Counted from the stretch's first letter, positions 1 through 10,906 are shown. The stretch is 64,000 bases of DNA from Betaproteobacteria bacterium (GCA_020621865.1 JAHRYW010000013.1:12289-76288), one strand, 5' to 3'. Notes: a model not told the origin generated them from the letters alone. Made by a program: numbers and translations.

Positions 1-1495
1 CGCCGCCGGACAGCTTCAGGCCGCGTTCGCCGACCCGGGTTTCGTATTTTTGCGGCAGCGATTCGATGAAGTCGTGCAACTGGGCGGCGCGGGCAGCGGC
101 GAAGACCTCCTCGCGGCTGGCCTCCGGGCGGCCGTAGTTGATGTTGTAGAAAATGCTGTCGTTGAACAGCACGGTGTCCTGCGGCACGATGCCGATGGCG
201 GCCCGCAGGCTCGCCTGCTTCAGGCTGCGCAGGTCGTGGCCGTTGATCCGGACGGCGCCGCCGGTGACGTCGTAGAAACGGTAAAGCAGCCGCGACAATG
301 TTGATTTCCCCGCCCCGGAATGTCCGACGACGGCGACCGTCTTGCCGGGTGCAATGGAAAAATTGAGGTTCTTCAGGATCTGCCGGTCGGGCTCGTAGGC
401 GAAATCGACGCCGTCGAAATTGACTTGCAGCTGGCCGCTCGGCAGGTCGCGGGCATCCGGCGAGTCGGCGATCTCGCGGTTTTCCTGGAGCAGGTTGAAC
501 ATCCGCTCGATGTCGGTCAGCGCCTGGCGGATTTCGCGGTAGACGATGCCGAGGAAGTTGAGCGGGATGTAGAGCTGGATCAGGAAGGCATTGACCAGCA
601 CCAGGTCGCCGATGGTCATCTCGCCGGCGACGACGCCGCTTGCCGCGCGCCACATCATGGCGGTGACGCCGAGGGCGATGATCGCCGCCTGGCCGAGGTT
701 GAGGAAGGCCAGCGTGGTCTGGCTGCGCGTCGCGGCGTCTTCCCACTTCAGCAACTGTTCGTCGTAACGGCGGGCCTCCCAGGCCTCGTTGTTGAAATAC
801 TTGACCGTCTCGTAGTTGAGCAGGCTGTCGATGGCCTTGGTATTGGCCGCCGAATCGTTTTCATTGACGGCGCGGCGGATGTCGATGCGCCAGTTGCTGA
901 CCTTGATCGTGAACACCACGTAGCTGACCAGCGAGATCAGCGTGATGATCACGTAGCCGGCGTCGTACTTGACGAACAGGATGCCGAGGACCAGCCCGAT
1001 TTCGACCAGCGTCGGCAGGATCGAGTACAGGGTGTAGGAAATCAGGCTGGAGATCGAGCGGCTGCCCCGCTCGATGTCGCGCGACACGCCGCCGGTCTGG
1101 CGTTCGAGGTGAAAGCGCAGGGACAGCGCATGCAGGTGGCGGAAGACCTCCAGCGACACCTGGCGGACGGCGCGCTGGGTAACGCGGGCGAACAGGATCT
1201 CGCGCAACTCGGTGAACAGCGAGGTCGAAAAGCGCAGCAGGCCGTAGAGCGCGAGCAACAGCATCGGCAGGGCGAGCACCTGCTGGCTGGCGGACAGGCC
1301 GTCGATCATCTCCTTGAAGATCATCGGCACGCCGACATTGGCCACCTTGGCGGCGACCAGGCAGCCGATGGCCGCCACGACGCGCAGGCGATAACGCCAC
1401 AAATACGGGAACAGCGTACGCAGTGTCAGCCAGACGTGGGTTTCGGCCAGCGCCTGTCCGGCGGGAGGTTTGGGCAGGGCGGAAGCGCGGCGCAT
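1..1495 (-). CDS. ABCB-family (Atm1-like) ABC transporter, fused permease/ATPase; 3' end outside window
   Basis: Minus-strand frame from ATG 1495 (MRRASALPKPP...LFPYLWRYR...); TM region, Walker A GHSGAGKST near 300-325, LSGG signature at window edge. Confidence 0.9.
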   Translation of the reverse strand, partial: MRRASALPKPPAGQALAETHVWLTLRTLFPYLWRYRLRVVAAIGCLVAAKVANVGVPMIFKEMIDGLSASQQVLALPMLLLALYGLLRFSTSLFTELREILFARVTQRAVRQVSLEVFRHLHALSLRFHLERQTGGVSRDIERGSRSISSLISYTLYSILPTLVEIGLVLGILFVKYDAGYVIITLISLVSYVVFTIKVSNWRIDIRRAVNENDSAANTKAIDSLLNYETVKYFNNEAWEARRYDEQLLKWEDAATRSQTTLAFLNLGQAAIIALGVTAMMWRAASGVVAGEMTIGDLVLVNAFLIQLYIPLNFLGIVYREIRQALTDIERMFNLLQENREIADSPDARDLPSGQLQVNFDGVDFAYEPDRQILKNLNFSIAPGKTVAVVGHSGAGKSTLSRLLYRFYDVTGGAVRINGHDLRSLKQASLRAAIGIVPQDTVLFNDSIFYNINYGRPEASREEVFAAARAAQLHDFIESLPQKYETRVGERGLKLSGG

Positions 1496-1567
1496 GGGGT
1501 GAATCGTCCGGTGGAAGGCAATCCCGCCAGTATATGAAAAGTCCCCGCCTTGCGGGCGAATCCGGGC

Positions 1568-1609
1568 CGATTTCGGTTTTTGCCCTTTTTTGCCCTCGAC
1601 CGTAGCATT
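1568..1609 (-). repeat. Dispersed 42-bp motif copy 1 (intergenic)
   Basis: revcomp AATGCTACGGTCGAGGGCAAAAAAGGGCAAAAACCGAAATCG. Confidence 0.9.
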
Positions 1610-1753
1610 CCCGTGGAATGGCCATCTGCTGCCGGACGTTGCGTGGCAAGCAACACCGCCACAGCAAAGCGTAACATTCCATCCGAAAAGTGACGGGAAT
1701 TGGTCTAGAATCCGACAGTTAATACAATTCACCGCCCACGAGGCCGCCTTTTC

Positions 1754-2920
1754 ATGAAAACAATGACCCTGCGTATCGTACCGGCCCTGCTGCTGGTCGC
1801 TTTCTCCGGCGCCGCCTCGGCTGCCGCCTTCCAGCTTCTGGAGCAGAACGCCAGTGGCCTCGGCACCGCCTACGCCGGCTCAGCCGCCGTCGCCGACAAC
1901 GCCAGCACGGTCTTCTTCAACCCGGCCGGCATGACGCAACTGAACGGCTTCCAGCTTTCCGCCGGGGTCACCGGCGTCGGGCCGAGCTACCAGTACCGCA
2001 ACAATGCCGGCGTCGAGTCGGGTGGCGATGCCGGCGGCTGGGCTGCCGTGCCCAACGGCTACATGTCCTGGCAAATGACCAAGGACCTGTACCTTGGTTT
2101 TGGTGTTTCGGCACCCTTCGGGCTGGCTACCGAATACGACAGCACCTGGGACGGTCAGGCGCTGGCCATCAAGTCGGAAATCAAGACCATCAACTTCAAC
2201 CCCTCGGTGGCCTACCGCGTCAACGACAAGGTCTCGCTCGGTTTCGGCATCAATTACCAGACCATCGACGGTGAGTTGACCCGCAACCCCGGCGCCCTGG
2301 TCACCCTCAAGGGCGACGATGCCTCCTGGGGCTGGAACGCTGGCGCCCTGTTCACGCTGTCGCCGGCCATGCGGGTCGGCATTGCCTACCGCTCGGCGAT
2401 CAAGCACCGCCTGGAAGGCACCATTAACGGCGCCTTGCCTATCCGCGCCGATGTCGAGTTGCCGGATACCTTCACCCTGTCGGTCTGGCAACAGGTCTCT
2501 GACCGCTGGGAAGCGATGGGCGACCTCTCATTCACCCGCTGGAGCACCCTGCAGCGCTTCGACGTCTACCGTCGCGCTGACAATGTCCTTTTGCCGGGTA
2601 GCGAAGTCTTCAATTACGACGACTCCTGGCGCATCGCTTGGGGCGCGGCCTACAAGCTTAATGACGCTGCCAAGCTGAAGTTCGGCATCGCCTACGACCG
2701 CACGCCGGTACGCAATGAGTCGCGCTCTCCTCGCGTGCCGGATAACGACCGCCTGTGGCTGTCGCTCGGCGGCCAATGGAACGCCGGCCGCCATGGCAAG
2801 TTTGATCTGGGTTACTCGTATCTCTACGTCAAGGACCCCAGCATCACCCAGGCGCCGCTGAACGGCAAGTACGACGCCAGCGCCCATATCGTCGGCTTGC
2901 AGTACTCGGTGGGCTTCTAA
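1754..2920 (+). CDS. fadL: OmpP1/FadL outer-membrane long-chain fatty acid transporter
   Basis: Signal peptide, FQLLEQNASGLGTAYAG and NPAGM motifs, C-terminal Phe. Confidence 0.9.
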   Translation: MKTMTLRIVPALLLVAFSGAASAAAFQLLEQNASGLGTAYAGSAAVADNASTVFFNPAGMTQLNGFQLSAGVTGVGPSYQYRNNAGVESGGDAGGWAAVPNGYMSWQMTKDLYLGFGVSAPFGLATEYDSTWDGQALAIKSEIKTINFNPSVAYRVNDKVSLGFGINYQTIDGELTRNPGALVTLKGDDASWGWNAGALFTLSPAMRVGIAYRSAIKHRLEGTINGALPIRADVELPDTFTLSVWQQVSDRWEAMGDLSFTRWSTLQRFDVYRRADNVLLPGSEVFNYDDSWRIAWGAAYKLNDAAKLKFGIAYDRTPVRNESRSPRVPDNDRLWLSLGGQWNAGRHGKFDLGYSYLYVKDPSITQAPLNGKYDASAHIVGLQYSVGF

Positions 2921-2941
2921 TCAACCGTATCCGGGGGGATC

Positions 2942-3472
2942 GTGCCGGCGCTTGAACTGGGGGGGATGACGCTGGGCCTGCGCGAAGGGGTGATCGGCCT
3001 GATCGTGCTGGTCGCCCTCTACATGCTCTTCGTCCTGCTCCGCATGCTTCACTTGCGTCGCCGTCCTGCCGAGGCGCCGGTGCAGATTGCGCCCGTTTTG
3101 GCCGAGCGCGAGCCGATTCCTGCTGCCGAGCCGGAGGCTGAGCCTGCGATGGCCTCGGGCAGCGAACAAGGGGCTGCCCGGATGGCTGCTCCCCAGCTCG
3201 GCGAAAACCTGCTGCGGAGTGCCCTGGAGCAGGAAGTCAGCCAGCTGCGCGACGAGGTCGACGCCATCCGTGGCGAGCTGGCGGCGTTGCGTGGCGATAT
3301 GCAGCACGAACTGGCCCACCTGCGAGCCAGTCAGACGGTTTCGCCGATCTATGGCGACGCGATGCAGATGGCGGTTTCCGGTTACGATCCGGCGGCCATC
3401 GCCGAACGCTGCGGCATCGCCCGGGCCGAGGCAGAACTGGTCGTTGCGCTGGCCAAGAGTCAGGATCATTGA
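2942..3472 (+). CDS. DUF2802-like membrane-anchored protein
   Basis: N-terminal TM, coiled coil, C-terminal Y.DAMQMA...IAERCGIARAEAELV motif; start uncertain. Confidence 0.7.
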   Translation: MPALELGGMTLGLREGVIGLIVLVALYMLFVLLRMLHLRRRPAEAPVQIAPVLAEREPIPAAEPEAEPAMASGSEQGAARMAAPQLGENLLRSALEQEVSQLRDEVDAIRGELAALRGDMQHELAHLRASQTVSPIYGDAMQMAVSGYDPAAIAERCGIARAEAELVVALAKSQDH

Positions 3473-3480
3473 GGGGCAAC

Positions 3481-4260
3481 ATGGCAGAACAACCGGAAGT
3501 TTCCGACAACGACGAAGGCGCGGGCGACCTGCGCGGCAAGCTGGTCGGACGCCTGGCCGTGGCCGGCCTGCTGGTCGCCTTGCTGCTCGGCGTGCTGGCT
3601 TTCTTCGACCATCTTGCCAACCCGCCCGAGGAGCCTGAGGAGCGGGTCTTCGCCGAACGCGTTCCGGTAGCGCCGAAGAAGGAAATGTCGCAGCCGGTCA
3701 AGCCGGCCGAGAACCTGCCCGAACCGCCGGCCCCGGAAAAGGCCGAGCCCCCTGTAGAGCCGCCGCCTCCGCCGCAGGTCGAGGCCAAGCCGCAGACCGC
3801 AGCAACGCCGGAAGTCGCTCCGGAAAAACGCCCAGCCGCAGTCGTTGCCAAGCCGCTCCCGGCACCGGCCCAACCCGCATCGCCGGCCCCGGTCGTTCCC
3901 GAAGCGACGACGGCACCATCGAATATCGTTCCCCCGGCGCCGCGGGCCGCTCCCCCGAGCGAGCCGGCGCCGGCCAGAGCACCGGCCCACGTCGTTGAGC
4001 ATAAGCCGGCGCCAACCGCCACGCCATCCGGCGTAACGCGTCTGTTCTCGGGGTTCCTGCTGCAGGCGGGCGTATTTTCGAGTGTCCAGCGGGCCGAGGA
4101 GTTGCACGCCCGGCTGACCTTGAGTGGCGTGCCATCGACGCTGGAAACCCGCGTTCAGGTTGGCCCGTTCCGCACCAAGCAGGAAGCCGAGGCGGCCCAG
4201 GCCAAACTCAGGGAACTGGGCGTCGAGACCATTCTCGTGCCGCCCAAGGGCAAGAATTAA
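3481..4260 (+). CDS. SPOR-domain cell-division protein (DedD-like)
   Basis: TM helix, Pro/Ala-rich linker, C-terminal LQAGVFS...RVQVGPF SPOR motif. Confidence 0.85.
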   Translation: MAEQPEVSDNDEGAGDLRGKLVGRLAVAGLLVALLLGVLAFFDHLANPPEEPEERVFAERVPVAPKKEMSQPVKPAENLPEPPAPEKAEPPVEPPPPPQVEAKPQTAATPEVAPEKRPAAVVAKPLPAPAQPASPAPVVPEATTAPSNIVPPAPRAAPPSEPAPARAPAHVVEHKPAPTATPSGVTRLFSGFLLQAGVFSSVQRAEELHARLTLSGVPSTLETRVQVGPFRTKQEAEAAQAKLRELGVETILVPPKGKN

Positions 4261-4269
4261 ACTGACCGA

Positions 4270-4524
4270 TCAGCGCCGCCAATGGTCGTGATATCGGTGG
4301 TCGCGGTAGTAGCGACCACCGCGGCCGCCATAGTGACGATGGCCTGATTCGAAATAAATGCTGGCGCCCGGATAGCCGTAAACCGGGTAGGGCTCGACAT
4401 AAGCCGGCGGCGGCGCCTGGTAATAGCCCGCCGACGGATAAGCCGGAACCACGGTGCAGGCGCCCAGGCTGCCCAGCAGGGCAGCGGCGAGGCCGAGGCG
4501 AAGTGCGGTTTGCTTGAGGGTCAT
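4270..4524 (-). CDS. Small Pro/Tyr-rich lipoprotein
   Basis: MTLKQTALRLGLAAALLGSLGAC lipobox. Confidence 0.7.
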   Translation of the reverse strand: MTLKQTALRLGLAAALLGSLGACTVVPAYPSAGYYQAPPPAYVEPYPVYGYPGASIYFESGHRHYGGRGGRYYRDHRYHDHWRR

Positions 4525-4613
4525 GGCGGGGTGCTCCGAGGATTGCGTAAGCAAATAACGCGGCGGCACCCGGCCCGGCATACGGTGCAGCCGGACTGCT
4601 TTGTAACAAATCT

Positions 4614-4961
4614 TTAGGCTTGCGGATCGGCGCTCAATTCGTCGAGCGCCCGGCGAATCCGCTTGGCAAAGACGGTCATTTCCTTGGCTGCCTGAATGTC
4701 GCCCTTGGCTTCGGCCACGGTGATGCCGCGTTCGTAGGCCGCCAGCGCGCCGGGGTGGTCGCCGGCTTCGGCCAGGGCCTTGCCGAGCACCTTCCAGGCG
4801 GCGGAGTAGTTCGGGTCGCGGTCGACGGCGGCCTGGAAGCAATGGGCCGCCTTGGCCGGATCGCCGGCCTTCAGGTATTCGTTGCCCAGCGAGAAGCGGA
4901 GCAGGGCGCCGTCGCGCGGGCCGTCGAGCATTTTTTCCAGGGATTCGATGCGTGGGTTCAT
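4614..4961 (-). CDS. Tetratricopeptide repeat protein
   Basis: [12 protein letters not shown]...[10 protein letters not shown]...[15 protein letters not shown] pattern. Confidence 0.85.
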   Translation of the reverse strand: MNPRIESLEKMLDGPRDGALLRFSLGNEYLKAGDPAKAAHCFQAAVDRDPNYSAAWKVLGKALAEAGDHPGALAAYERGITVAEAKGDIQAAKEMTVFAKRIRRALDELSADPQA

Positions 4962-5004
4962 GGGTAAAATAGGGCTTTGCAATTTGGATAGAGGAAGCTT
5001 ACAC

Positions 5005-5388
5005 ATGGCCAAGACCATCATCGCCACCCCGAACGCCCCGGCTGCCATCGGCACCTACTCGCAGGCCGTGCGCGTTGGCGACACCGTTTACATGTCCGGG
5101 CAGATCGGGCTCGATCCGGCTTCCATGCAGATGGTAGACGGAATCGACGCGCAAATCGTTCGCGTTTTCGACAATCTGAAGGCCGTCGCCGAAGCGGCCG
5201 GCGGTTCGCTGGCCGATGTGGTCAAGCTCAATGTCTTCCTGACCGATCTGGCGAACTTCGCCAAGGTCAATGAAACCATGGCCCAGTATTTCAGCCAGCC
5301 CTTCCCGGCCCGTGCCGCGGTGGGCGTCAAGGAACTGCCGCGCGGCGCGCTGGTCGAGGCCGATGCGGTGATGTGCCTGGGTAACTAA
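5005..5388 (+). CDS. ridA: RidA/YjgF family enamine/imine deaminase
   Basis: [27 protein letters not shown] motifs. Confidence 0.9.
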   Translation: MAKTIIATPNAPAAIGTYSQAVRVGDTVYMSGQIGLDPASMQMVDGIDAQIVRVFDNLKAVAEAAGGSLADVVKLNVFLTDLANFAKVNETMAQYFSQPFPARAAVGVKELPRGALVEADAVMCLGN

Positions 5389-5394
5389 CGCCTG

Positions 5395-7434
5395 ATGGGC
5401 GACAGCGGGGCCTCGGCCCCGATTCGCGCTTCCGACGCGCTGCTGAAGAAGCTTGCCAAGATCGGCCTCCATCGCGAGGCCGATTTGCTGGTCCATCTGC
5501 CGCTACGCTACGAGGACGAAACGCGGATCACGCCGGTTGCTCGCGCCTTCGGTGGCGAGCCGGTGCAGGTCGAGGTGGTCGTGCACAGTAGCGAACTGCA
5601 GTTCCGGCCGCGCCGGCAACTGGTCGTCCGCGCTGGTGACGACAGCGGCGAGATCACGCTGCGCTTCTTCAGTTTCTACCCCAGCCAGCAGGCGGCGTTG
5701 AGCGAGGGTTCGCGCATCCGTGCCTTTGGCGAAGTGCGCGGCGGTTTCTTCGGCGCCGAGATGGTGCACCCGCGTTTCCGCAAGATCGGCGACGACGAAC
5801 CGTTGCCGACCCAATTGACGCCGATCTACCCGACCACCGCCGGGGTGGCCAATTCGGCGCTGCAGAAGCTGATTGGCAAGGCGCTGGCGGTCGGCGACCT
5901 GTCCGAGACGCTGCCGGATGACTTGCGCCAGCGTCTGAAGCTCCCTGGGCAGGCGCGCAGCCTGCGCTTCTTGCACACGCCGCCGCCCGGCACCGATCTC
6001 GATACGCTGCACGCACGCAATCACCCGGCCTGGCGGCGGGTCAAGTTCGACGAGTTGCTGGCCCAGCAACTGTCGCTGCGCCGCGCCTACCTGGCGCGCC
6101 GCGAGCAGGGGGCGCCGGTGCTGGTCGCCCGCGACGATCTTGGCGCCCGCCTGCTCGACAGCCTGCCCTTCGGCCTGACCGGCGCGCAGGCGCGGGCGAT
6201 GGCCGAGATCGGCCACGACCTGGCCCAGCCTTACCCGATGCAGCGTCTGCTGCAGGGCGACGTCGGCGCCGGCAAGACCATCGTCGCCGCGCTGGCTGCC
6301 TGCCAGGCGATTTCGGCCGGCTGGCAGGCAGCTTTCATGGCGCCGACTGAAATCCTGGCCGAGCAGCATTACCTGAAATTGCGCGACTGGCTGGAACCGC
6401 TCGGCGTGCGTGTCGCCTGGTTGTCCGGCAGCCTGAAGACCAAGGCCAAGCGTGAGCAACTGGCGGCGACGGCAGCCGGCGCGCAACTGATTGTCGGCAC
6501 CCACGCGCTGATCCAGGAAGGCGTCGATTTCGCCCGGCTCGGCCTGGCCATCGTCGACGAGCAGCACCGCTTCGGTGTCGCCCAGCGCCTGGCCCTGCGT
6601 AAGAAGGGCGACAATCCGCACCAGTTGATGATGTCGGCGACGCCGATCCCGCGCACGCTGGCCATGAGCTATTACGCCGATCTCGACGTCACCGTGCTCG
6701 ACGAACTGCCGCCGGGGCGGACGCCGATCAAGACCCGGCTGGTTGCCGACAGCCGGCGCGACGACGTGGTCGGCTTCGTCCGGAAAGCGGTCGAGGAAGG
6801 CCGGCAGGCCTACTGGGTCTGTCCGCTGATCGAGGAATCCGAGGCGCTGCAGTTGCAGACGGCGCAGGAAACCTACGATTTCCTTTTGGGGCAATTTTTC
6901 GGCCTGACCGTAGGATTGGTGCATGGCCGCCTGAAAGCCGACGAAAAACAGGCGGTGATGGCCGCCTTTGCGGCCGGCGAGATCGACGTGCTGGTGGCGA
7001 CGACGGTGATCGAGGTCGGCGTCGACGTGCCCAATGCCAGCCTGATGGTCATCGAGCACGCCGAGCGTTTCGGCCTGTCGCAACTGCACCAGTTGCGCGG
7101 CCGGGTCGGTCGCGGCCAGTACGAATCAAGCTGCGTGCTGATCTACGCCGGGCAGCTGGGCGACATCGCACGCCAGCGGCTGAAGATCATTTTCGAGCAC
7201 ACCGACGGCTTCGAGATCGCCCGCCAGGATTTGCAGATACGCGGCCCCGGCGAATTTGTCGGCAGCCGGCAGAGCGGTGTGCCGCTGCTGCGCTACGCCG
7301 ATCTGGAAATGGATGCCGACCTGGTCGAGATGGCGCGCGAGGTGGCCGAGGGGATGCTGACCGAACACCCGGCCCTGGCCGAGCGCCATTTGCAGCGCTG
7401 GCTAGGGTCGCGCGAGGAGTTACTGAAGTCCTGA
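5395..7434 (+). CDS. recG: ATP-dependent DNA helicase RecG
   Basis: QGDVGAGKT, DEQHRFG, SATPIPRT, QLRGRVGRG motifs. Confidence 0.97.
   Translation: MGDSGASAPIRASDALLKKLAKIGLHREADLLVHLPLRYEDETRITPVARAFGGEPVQVEVVVHSSELQFRPRRQLVVRAGDDSGEITLRFFSFYPSQQAALSEGSRIRAFGEVRGGFFGAEMVHPRFRKIGDDEPLPTQLTPIYPTTAGVANSALQKLIGKALAVGDLSETLPDDLRQRLKLPGQARSLRFLHTPPPGTDLDTLHARNHPAWRRVKFDELLAQQLSLRRAYLARREQGAPVLVARDDLGARLLDSLPFGLTGAQARAMAEIGHDLAQPYPMQRLLQGDVGAGKTIVAALAACQAISAGWQAAFMAPTEILAEQHYLKLRDWLEPLGVRVAWLSGSLKTKAKREQLAATAAGAQLIVGTHALIQEGVDFARLGLAIVDEQHRFGVAQRLALRKKGDNPHQLMMSATPIPRTLAMSYYADLDVTVLDELPPGRTPIKTRLVADSRRDDVVGFVRKAVEEGRQAYWVCPLIEESEALQLQTAQETYDFLLGQFFGLTVGLVHGRLKADEKQAVMAAFAAGEIDVLVATTVIEVGVDVPNASLMVIEHAERFGLSQLHQLRGRVGRGQYESSCVLIYAGQLGDIARQRLKIIFEHTDGFEIARQDLQIRGPGEFVGSRQSGVPLLRYADLEMDADLVEMAREVAEGMLTEHPALAERHLQRWLGSREELLKS
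6876..6917 (-). repeat. Dispersed 42-bp motif copy 2 (inside recG)
   Basis: revcomp AATCCTACGGTCAGGCCGAAAAATTGCCCCAAAAGGAAATCG; 1 core mismatch. Confidence 0.8.
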
Positions 7435-7441
7435 GCCCGGA

Positions 7442-8305
7442 TCAGGCGGCGCGCTGCTCCGGCGCGGCGGCGGCAATGGCGTCGCTGAGCGTTTTCAGGG
7501 CCACCATCGGCGGACCGTCGCGCAGGGAAATCATGCCCGTCGGTACCCGGGCGATCTCCGGCGGAACGCTTTCAATGGCCAGATCGGGCGCGTGCGGCGA
7601 TTGCTCGACGACCCGGCGCGGCATCAGGCTCCAGCCCAGGCCGACGGCGATGCAGCCGAGAATCCCTTCCAGCGTGCCGAATTCCATGGCGTCGGCGACG
7701 GCATGCCCCTGCTTGCGCTGCCAGGCGATGGCGCGGGTGCGGTAGGCGCAACCCTCGCGGAAGAGTATCAGCGGCAGCAGGACCGGATCGGTGTTCGCAG
7801 CGTGGACCTGTACGAGTTCTTCGACCACCAGTTCGTCGAAGCGCAGGTCGGGGTGAACCACCGGGCCAGCGACGAAGGCGCAGTCGAGTTTGTGATCGAG
7901 CACCTTCTCGGTCAGCGAGCTGGTGGTGCCGGTCGATACACGTAATTCGATATTCGGGTGGCGGGTGCGGACCGCCTTCAAGGCGCCGGGCAGGTGCAGC
8001 GCGGCAAAGGTTTCCATGGTGCCGATGCGCAGTTCTCCGGCGCTTTCGCCGACCAGCCGTACGGCGGCGCTGGTCTGCCGCTCCAGCATCAACATGCGCC
8101 GCGCGTAGTCGAGCAGCACCTTGCCCGAGGGCGCCAGTTCCAAGCCGCGTCCCTTGCGGAAAAACAATTCGGCGCCGAGTTCTTCCTCCAGCTTGCGGAT
8201 GCGGCCGGTGACATTGGACTGCACGGTGTTCAGTTTGCGCGACGCGGCGAGGATGCCGCCTTCTTCAACGACTGCCTGAAAGGTCCGGAGGGCGATCAGT
8301 TCCAT
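7442..8305 (-). CDS. LysR-family transcriptional regulator
   Basis: N-terminal HTH (QSNVTGRIRKLEEELG); divergent from the MFS gene. Confidence 0.93.
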   Translation of the reverse strand: MELIALRTFQAVVEEGGILAASRKLNTVQSNVTGRIRKLEEELGAELFFRKGRGLELAPSGKVLLDYARRMLMLERQTSAAVRLVGESAGELRIGTMETFAALHLPGALKAVRTRHPNIELRVSTGTTSSLTEKVLDHKLDCAFVAGPVVHPDLRFDELVVEELVQVHAANTDPVLLPLILFREGCAYRTRAIAWQRKQGHAVADAMEFGTLEGILGCIAVGLGWSLMPRRVVEQSPHAPDLAIESVPPEIARVPTGMISLRDGPPMVALKTLSDAIAAAAPEQRAA

Positions 8306-8406
8306 AGATGTATCTCTAAAATAGAAACATTGATTCTAAATAAATCATTTGTGCAGATACTCTACGCTGTTTATCGTACGCTTATCAATAGCCACGGAGA
8401 TTTCCC

Positions 8407-9609
8407 ATGAACGCAAGGACAGAACGCCTCAAGGTGCTGGGCGCCGGGATATTCAGCCTGATCCTGGCGATGGGCGTGGCCCGCTTCGCCTACACGCCCC
8501 TGCTGCCGGTCATGCAACAGCAGGCCGGGCTGGGCGTGGCGCAAGCCGGCTGGCTGGCGGCATTGAATTACGCCGGCTACCTGAGCGGCGCCTTGATTGC
8601 CTCGCTGATCAGTGACTTGGTGTTGAAGGATCGGCTGTACCGGATCGGCATGGTCGCCGCCATTGTCAGCACCGCGATGATGGGGCTGACCAGTGATCCG
8701 TTGGTCTGGATCGTCTCGCGCTTCATCGCCGGCCTCAGTAGCGCAGCGGGCATCCTGCTTGGCAGCGGGCTGATCCTCAACTGGCTGATCCGCCACAATC
8801 ACCGGCCGGAGCTGGGCATCCATTTTTCCGGGATTGGCCTCGGTATCGCCGGCTGTGCCGGGGCGGTCTGGCTGATGAACGGCAGCCTGGGCTGGCGCGA
8901 ACAGTGGTTCGCCCTGACGGCCATCGGCTGCGTGCTGATCGTGCCGGCGCTTGCCTGGCTGCCGGCGCCCGACAACAGCCAGCTGACGCGCAGCGGCGCA
9001 GCCATGCACGACAATCCGCCGAGCACCCTGTTTCTCAGCCTGTTCATGGCCGCCTATTTCTGCGCCGGTTTTGGCTTCGTGGTCAGCGCCACCTTCATCG
9101 TCGCGATTGTCGATCATCTGCCCGGACTGGCCGGGCAGGGCACGCTGGTCTTCATGGCGATCGGCATCGCGGCGGCGCCGGCCTGCATCAACTGGGACCT
9201 GATCGCCCGGCGGACGGGTGAATTGAATGCGCTGATCCTGGCCGCCGTGCTGCAGATCGTCGGCATCCTGCTGCCAATGGCGGGGGGCGGGTTGAGCGCG
9301 GCCATCCTCGGTTCGCTGCTATTCGGCGGCACTTTCATCGGCATGGTCAGCCTGGTCCTGACCATGGCGGGGCGCTATTACCCGACTCGCCCGGCCAAGA
9401 TGATGGGCAAGATGACGCTTTCCTACGGCGTCGCGCAGATCGTCGGACCGGCCGTGGTCGGCTGGCTGGCCCCCCGTTTCGGCGGCTATGCGGTGGGGCT
9501 GTATCTGGCGGCCGGCGTCATGGTGCTCGGCACGCTGCTGCTCGTTATACTGAAGCTGGTGGAAAAACAGGATGCGGAAGCTCAGCTCAGGCCCTGCCTG
9601 CAGCGTTAA
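8407..9609 (+). CDS. YbfB/YjiJ-family MFS transporter
   Basis: [14 protein letters not shown] motif, about 12 TM segments. Confidence 0.88.
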   Translation: MNARTERLKVLGAGIFSLILAMGVARFAYTPLLPVMQQQAGLGVAQAGWLAALNYAGYLSGALIASLISDLVLKDRLYRIGMVAAIVSTAMMGLTSDPLVWIVSRFIAGLSSAAGILLGSGLILNWLIRHNHRPELGIHFSGIGLGIAGCAGAVWLMNGSLGWREQWFALTAIGCVLIVPALAWLPAPDNSQLTRSGAAMHDNPPSTLFLSLFMAAYFCAGFGFVVSATFIVAIVDHLPGLAGQGTLVFMAIGIAAAPACINWDLIARRTGELNALILAAVLQIVGILLPMAGGGLSAAILGSLLFGGTFIGMVSLVLTMAGRYYPTRPAKMMGKMTLSYGVAQIVGPAVVGWLAPRFGGYAVGLYLAAGVMVLGTLLLVILKLVEKQDAEAQLRPCLQR

Positions 9610-9622
9610 ACAAGGAGATGAC

Positions 9623-10606
9623 ATGTTCAAGGGAATTCTGATCGAGAAGGACGAGGCCGGTTACCGCGCCTCGGTGCAGGACATCGACGACAGTCAGCTG
9701 CCGGAGGGCGACGTCACGGTGCGCGTCTCGCACTCGTCGCTGAACTACAAGGACGGCCTGGCGATCACCGGCAAGGGGCCGGTTGTCCGCAAGTTTCCGA
9801 TGGTGCCGGGGATCGATATCGCCGGCGTCGTCGAGGCCAGCGACAACCCCGACTACCAGGCTGGCGACCGCGTGCTGCTCAACGGCTGGGGCGTCGGTGA
9901 GACGCATTGGGGCGGGCTGGCCCAGAAGGCGCGGCTGAAGGGCGACTGGCTGGTGCCGCTGCCGGCAGCCTTCACGCCGCAGCAGGCGGTGGCCATCGGC
10001 ACCGCCGGCTACACGGCGATGCTCTGCGTGCTGGCGCTGGAAAAACACGGCGTCAAGCCGGCCGATGGCGAGATCGTCGTCACCGGCGCGGCCGGCGGTG
10101 TGGGCAGCGTGGCCATCGCCGTGCTGGCCAAGCTCGGTTATACGGTGGTCGCGGTCAGCGGGCGGCCGGCCGAAGCGGATTACCTGAAGCAGCTTGGCGC
10201 CGCCGAGATCATCGACCGCAGCCAGTTCGCCGCACCGGGCAAGCCGTTGGCCCGTGAACGCTGGGCCGGGGCGGTCGATGTCGTCGGCAGCCATACGCTG
10301 GCCAACGTCTGTGCGTCGATGAAATACCGTGGCGTCGTTACCGCTTGCGGGCTGGCCGGCGGCATGGATTTGCCGGCGACCGTGGCGCCTTTCATCTTGC
10401 GCGGCGTGACGCTGGTCGGCATTGACAGCGTGATGTGTCCGCGCCCGGAACGGCTGGTCGCCTGGCAGCGCCTGGCGGCCGACCTCGATGTTGCCAAGCT
10501 CGGCCTGATCAGCCACGAGGTTTCGCTGGCCGAGGCCGTCCCGACCGCGGCGCAGTTGATGGACGGCCAGGTGCGCGGCCGCGTCGTCGTCGACGTCAAT
10601 CGTTAA
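9623..10606 (+). CDS. acuI: Acryloyl-CoA reductase / YhdH-family MDR oxidoreductase
   Basis: [36 protein letters not shown] motifs; RBS aaggag. Confidence 0.88.
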   Translation: MFKGILIEKDEAGYRASVQDIDDSQLPEGDVTVRVSHSSLNYKDGLAITGKGPVVRKFPMVPGIDIAGVVEASDNPDYQAGDRVLLNGWGVGETHWGGLAQKARLKGDWLVPLPAAFTPQQAVAIGTAGYTAMLCVLALEKHGVKPADGEIVVTGAAGGVGSVAIAVLAKLGYTVVAVSGRPAEADYLKQLGAAEIIDRSQFAAPGKPLARERWAGAVDVVGSHTLANVCASMKYRGVVTACGLAGGMDLPATVAPFILRGVTLVGIDSVMCPRPERLVAWQRLAADLDVAKLGLISHEVSLAEAVPTAAQLMDGQVRGRVVVDVNR

Positions 10607-10619
10607 ACCGGGAGCCGCC

Positions 10620-10823
10620 ATGCCTTACGTCAATATCAAGATCACCCGCGAGGGCGCGACCGCCGAGCAGAAGGCCCGCCTGATCCAGGGCGCGACGCAG
10701 TTGCTGGTCGATGTGCTGGGCAAGAATCCGAAAACCACGGTGGTCGTCATCGACGAGGTCGATACCGACAACTGGGGTGTCGGCGGCGAGTCGATCACCG
10801 TCCGCCGAGCGCGCGGCGAATAG
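10620..10823 (+). CDS. 4-oxalocrotonate tautomerase family protein
   Basis: Catalytic Pro2, 67 aa, NWGVGG motif. Confidence 0.9.
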   Translation: MPYVNIKITREGATAEQKARLIQGATQLLVDVLGKNPKTTVVVIDEVDTDNWGVGGESITVRRARGE

Positions 10824-10843
10824 GATTTCCGGCCCCGGGCCGG

Positions 10844-10885
10844 AATGCTACGGTCGGCGGCAAAAAAAGGCCAAAATCGAAATTT
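10844..10885 (+). repeat. Dispersed 42-bp motif copy 3 (intergenic, convergent genes)
   Basis: AATGCTACGGTCGGCGGCAAAAAAAGGCCAAAATCGAAATTT. Confidence 0.9.
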
Positions 10886-10906
10886 TGCCGCCTTGCCGGC
10901 CAGCGC

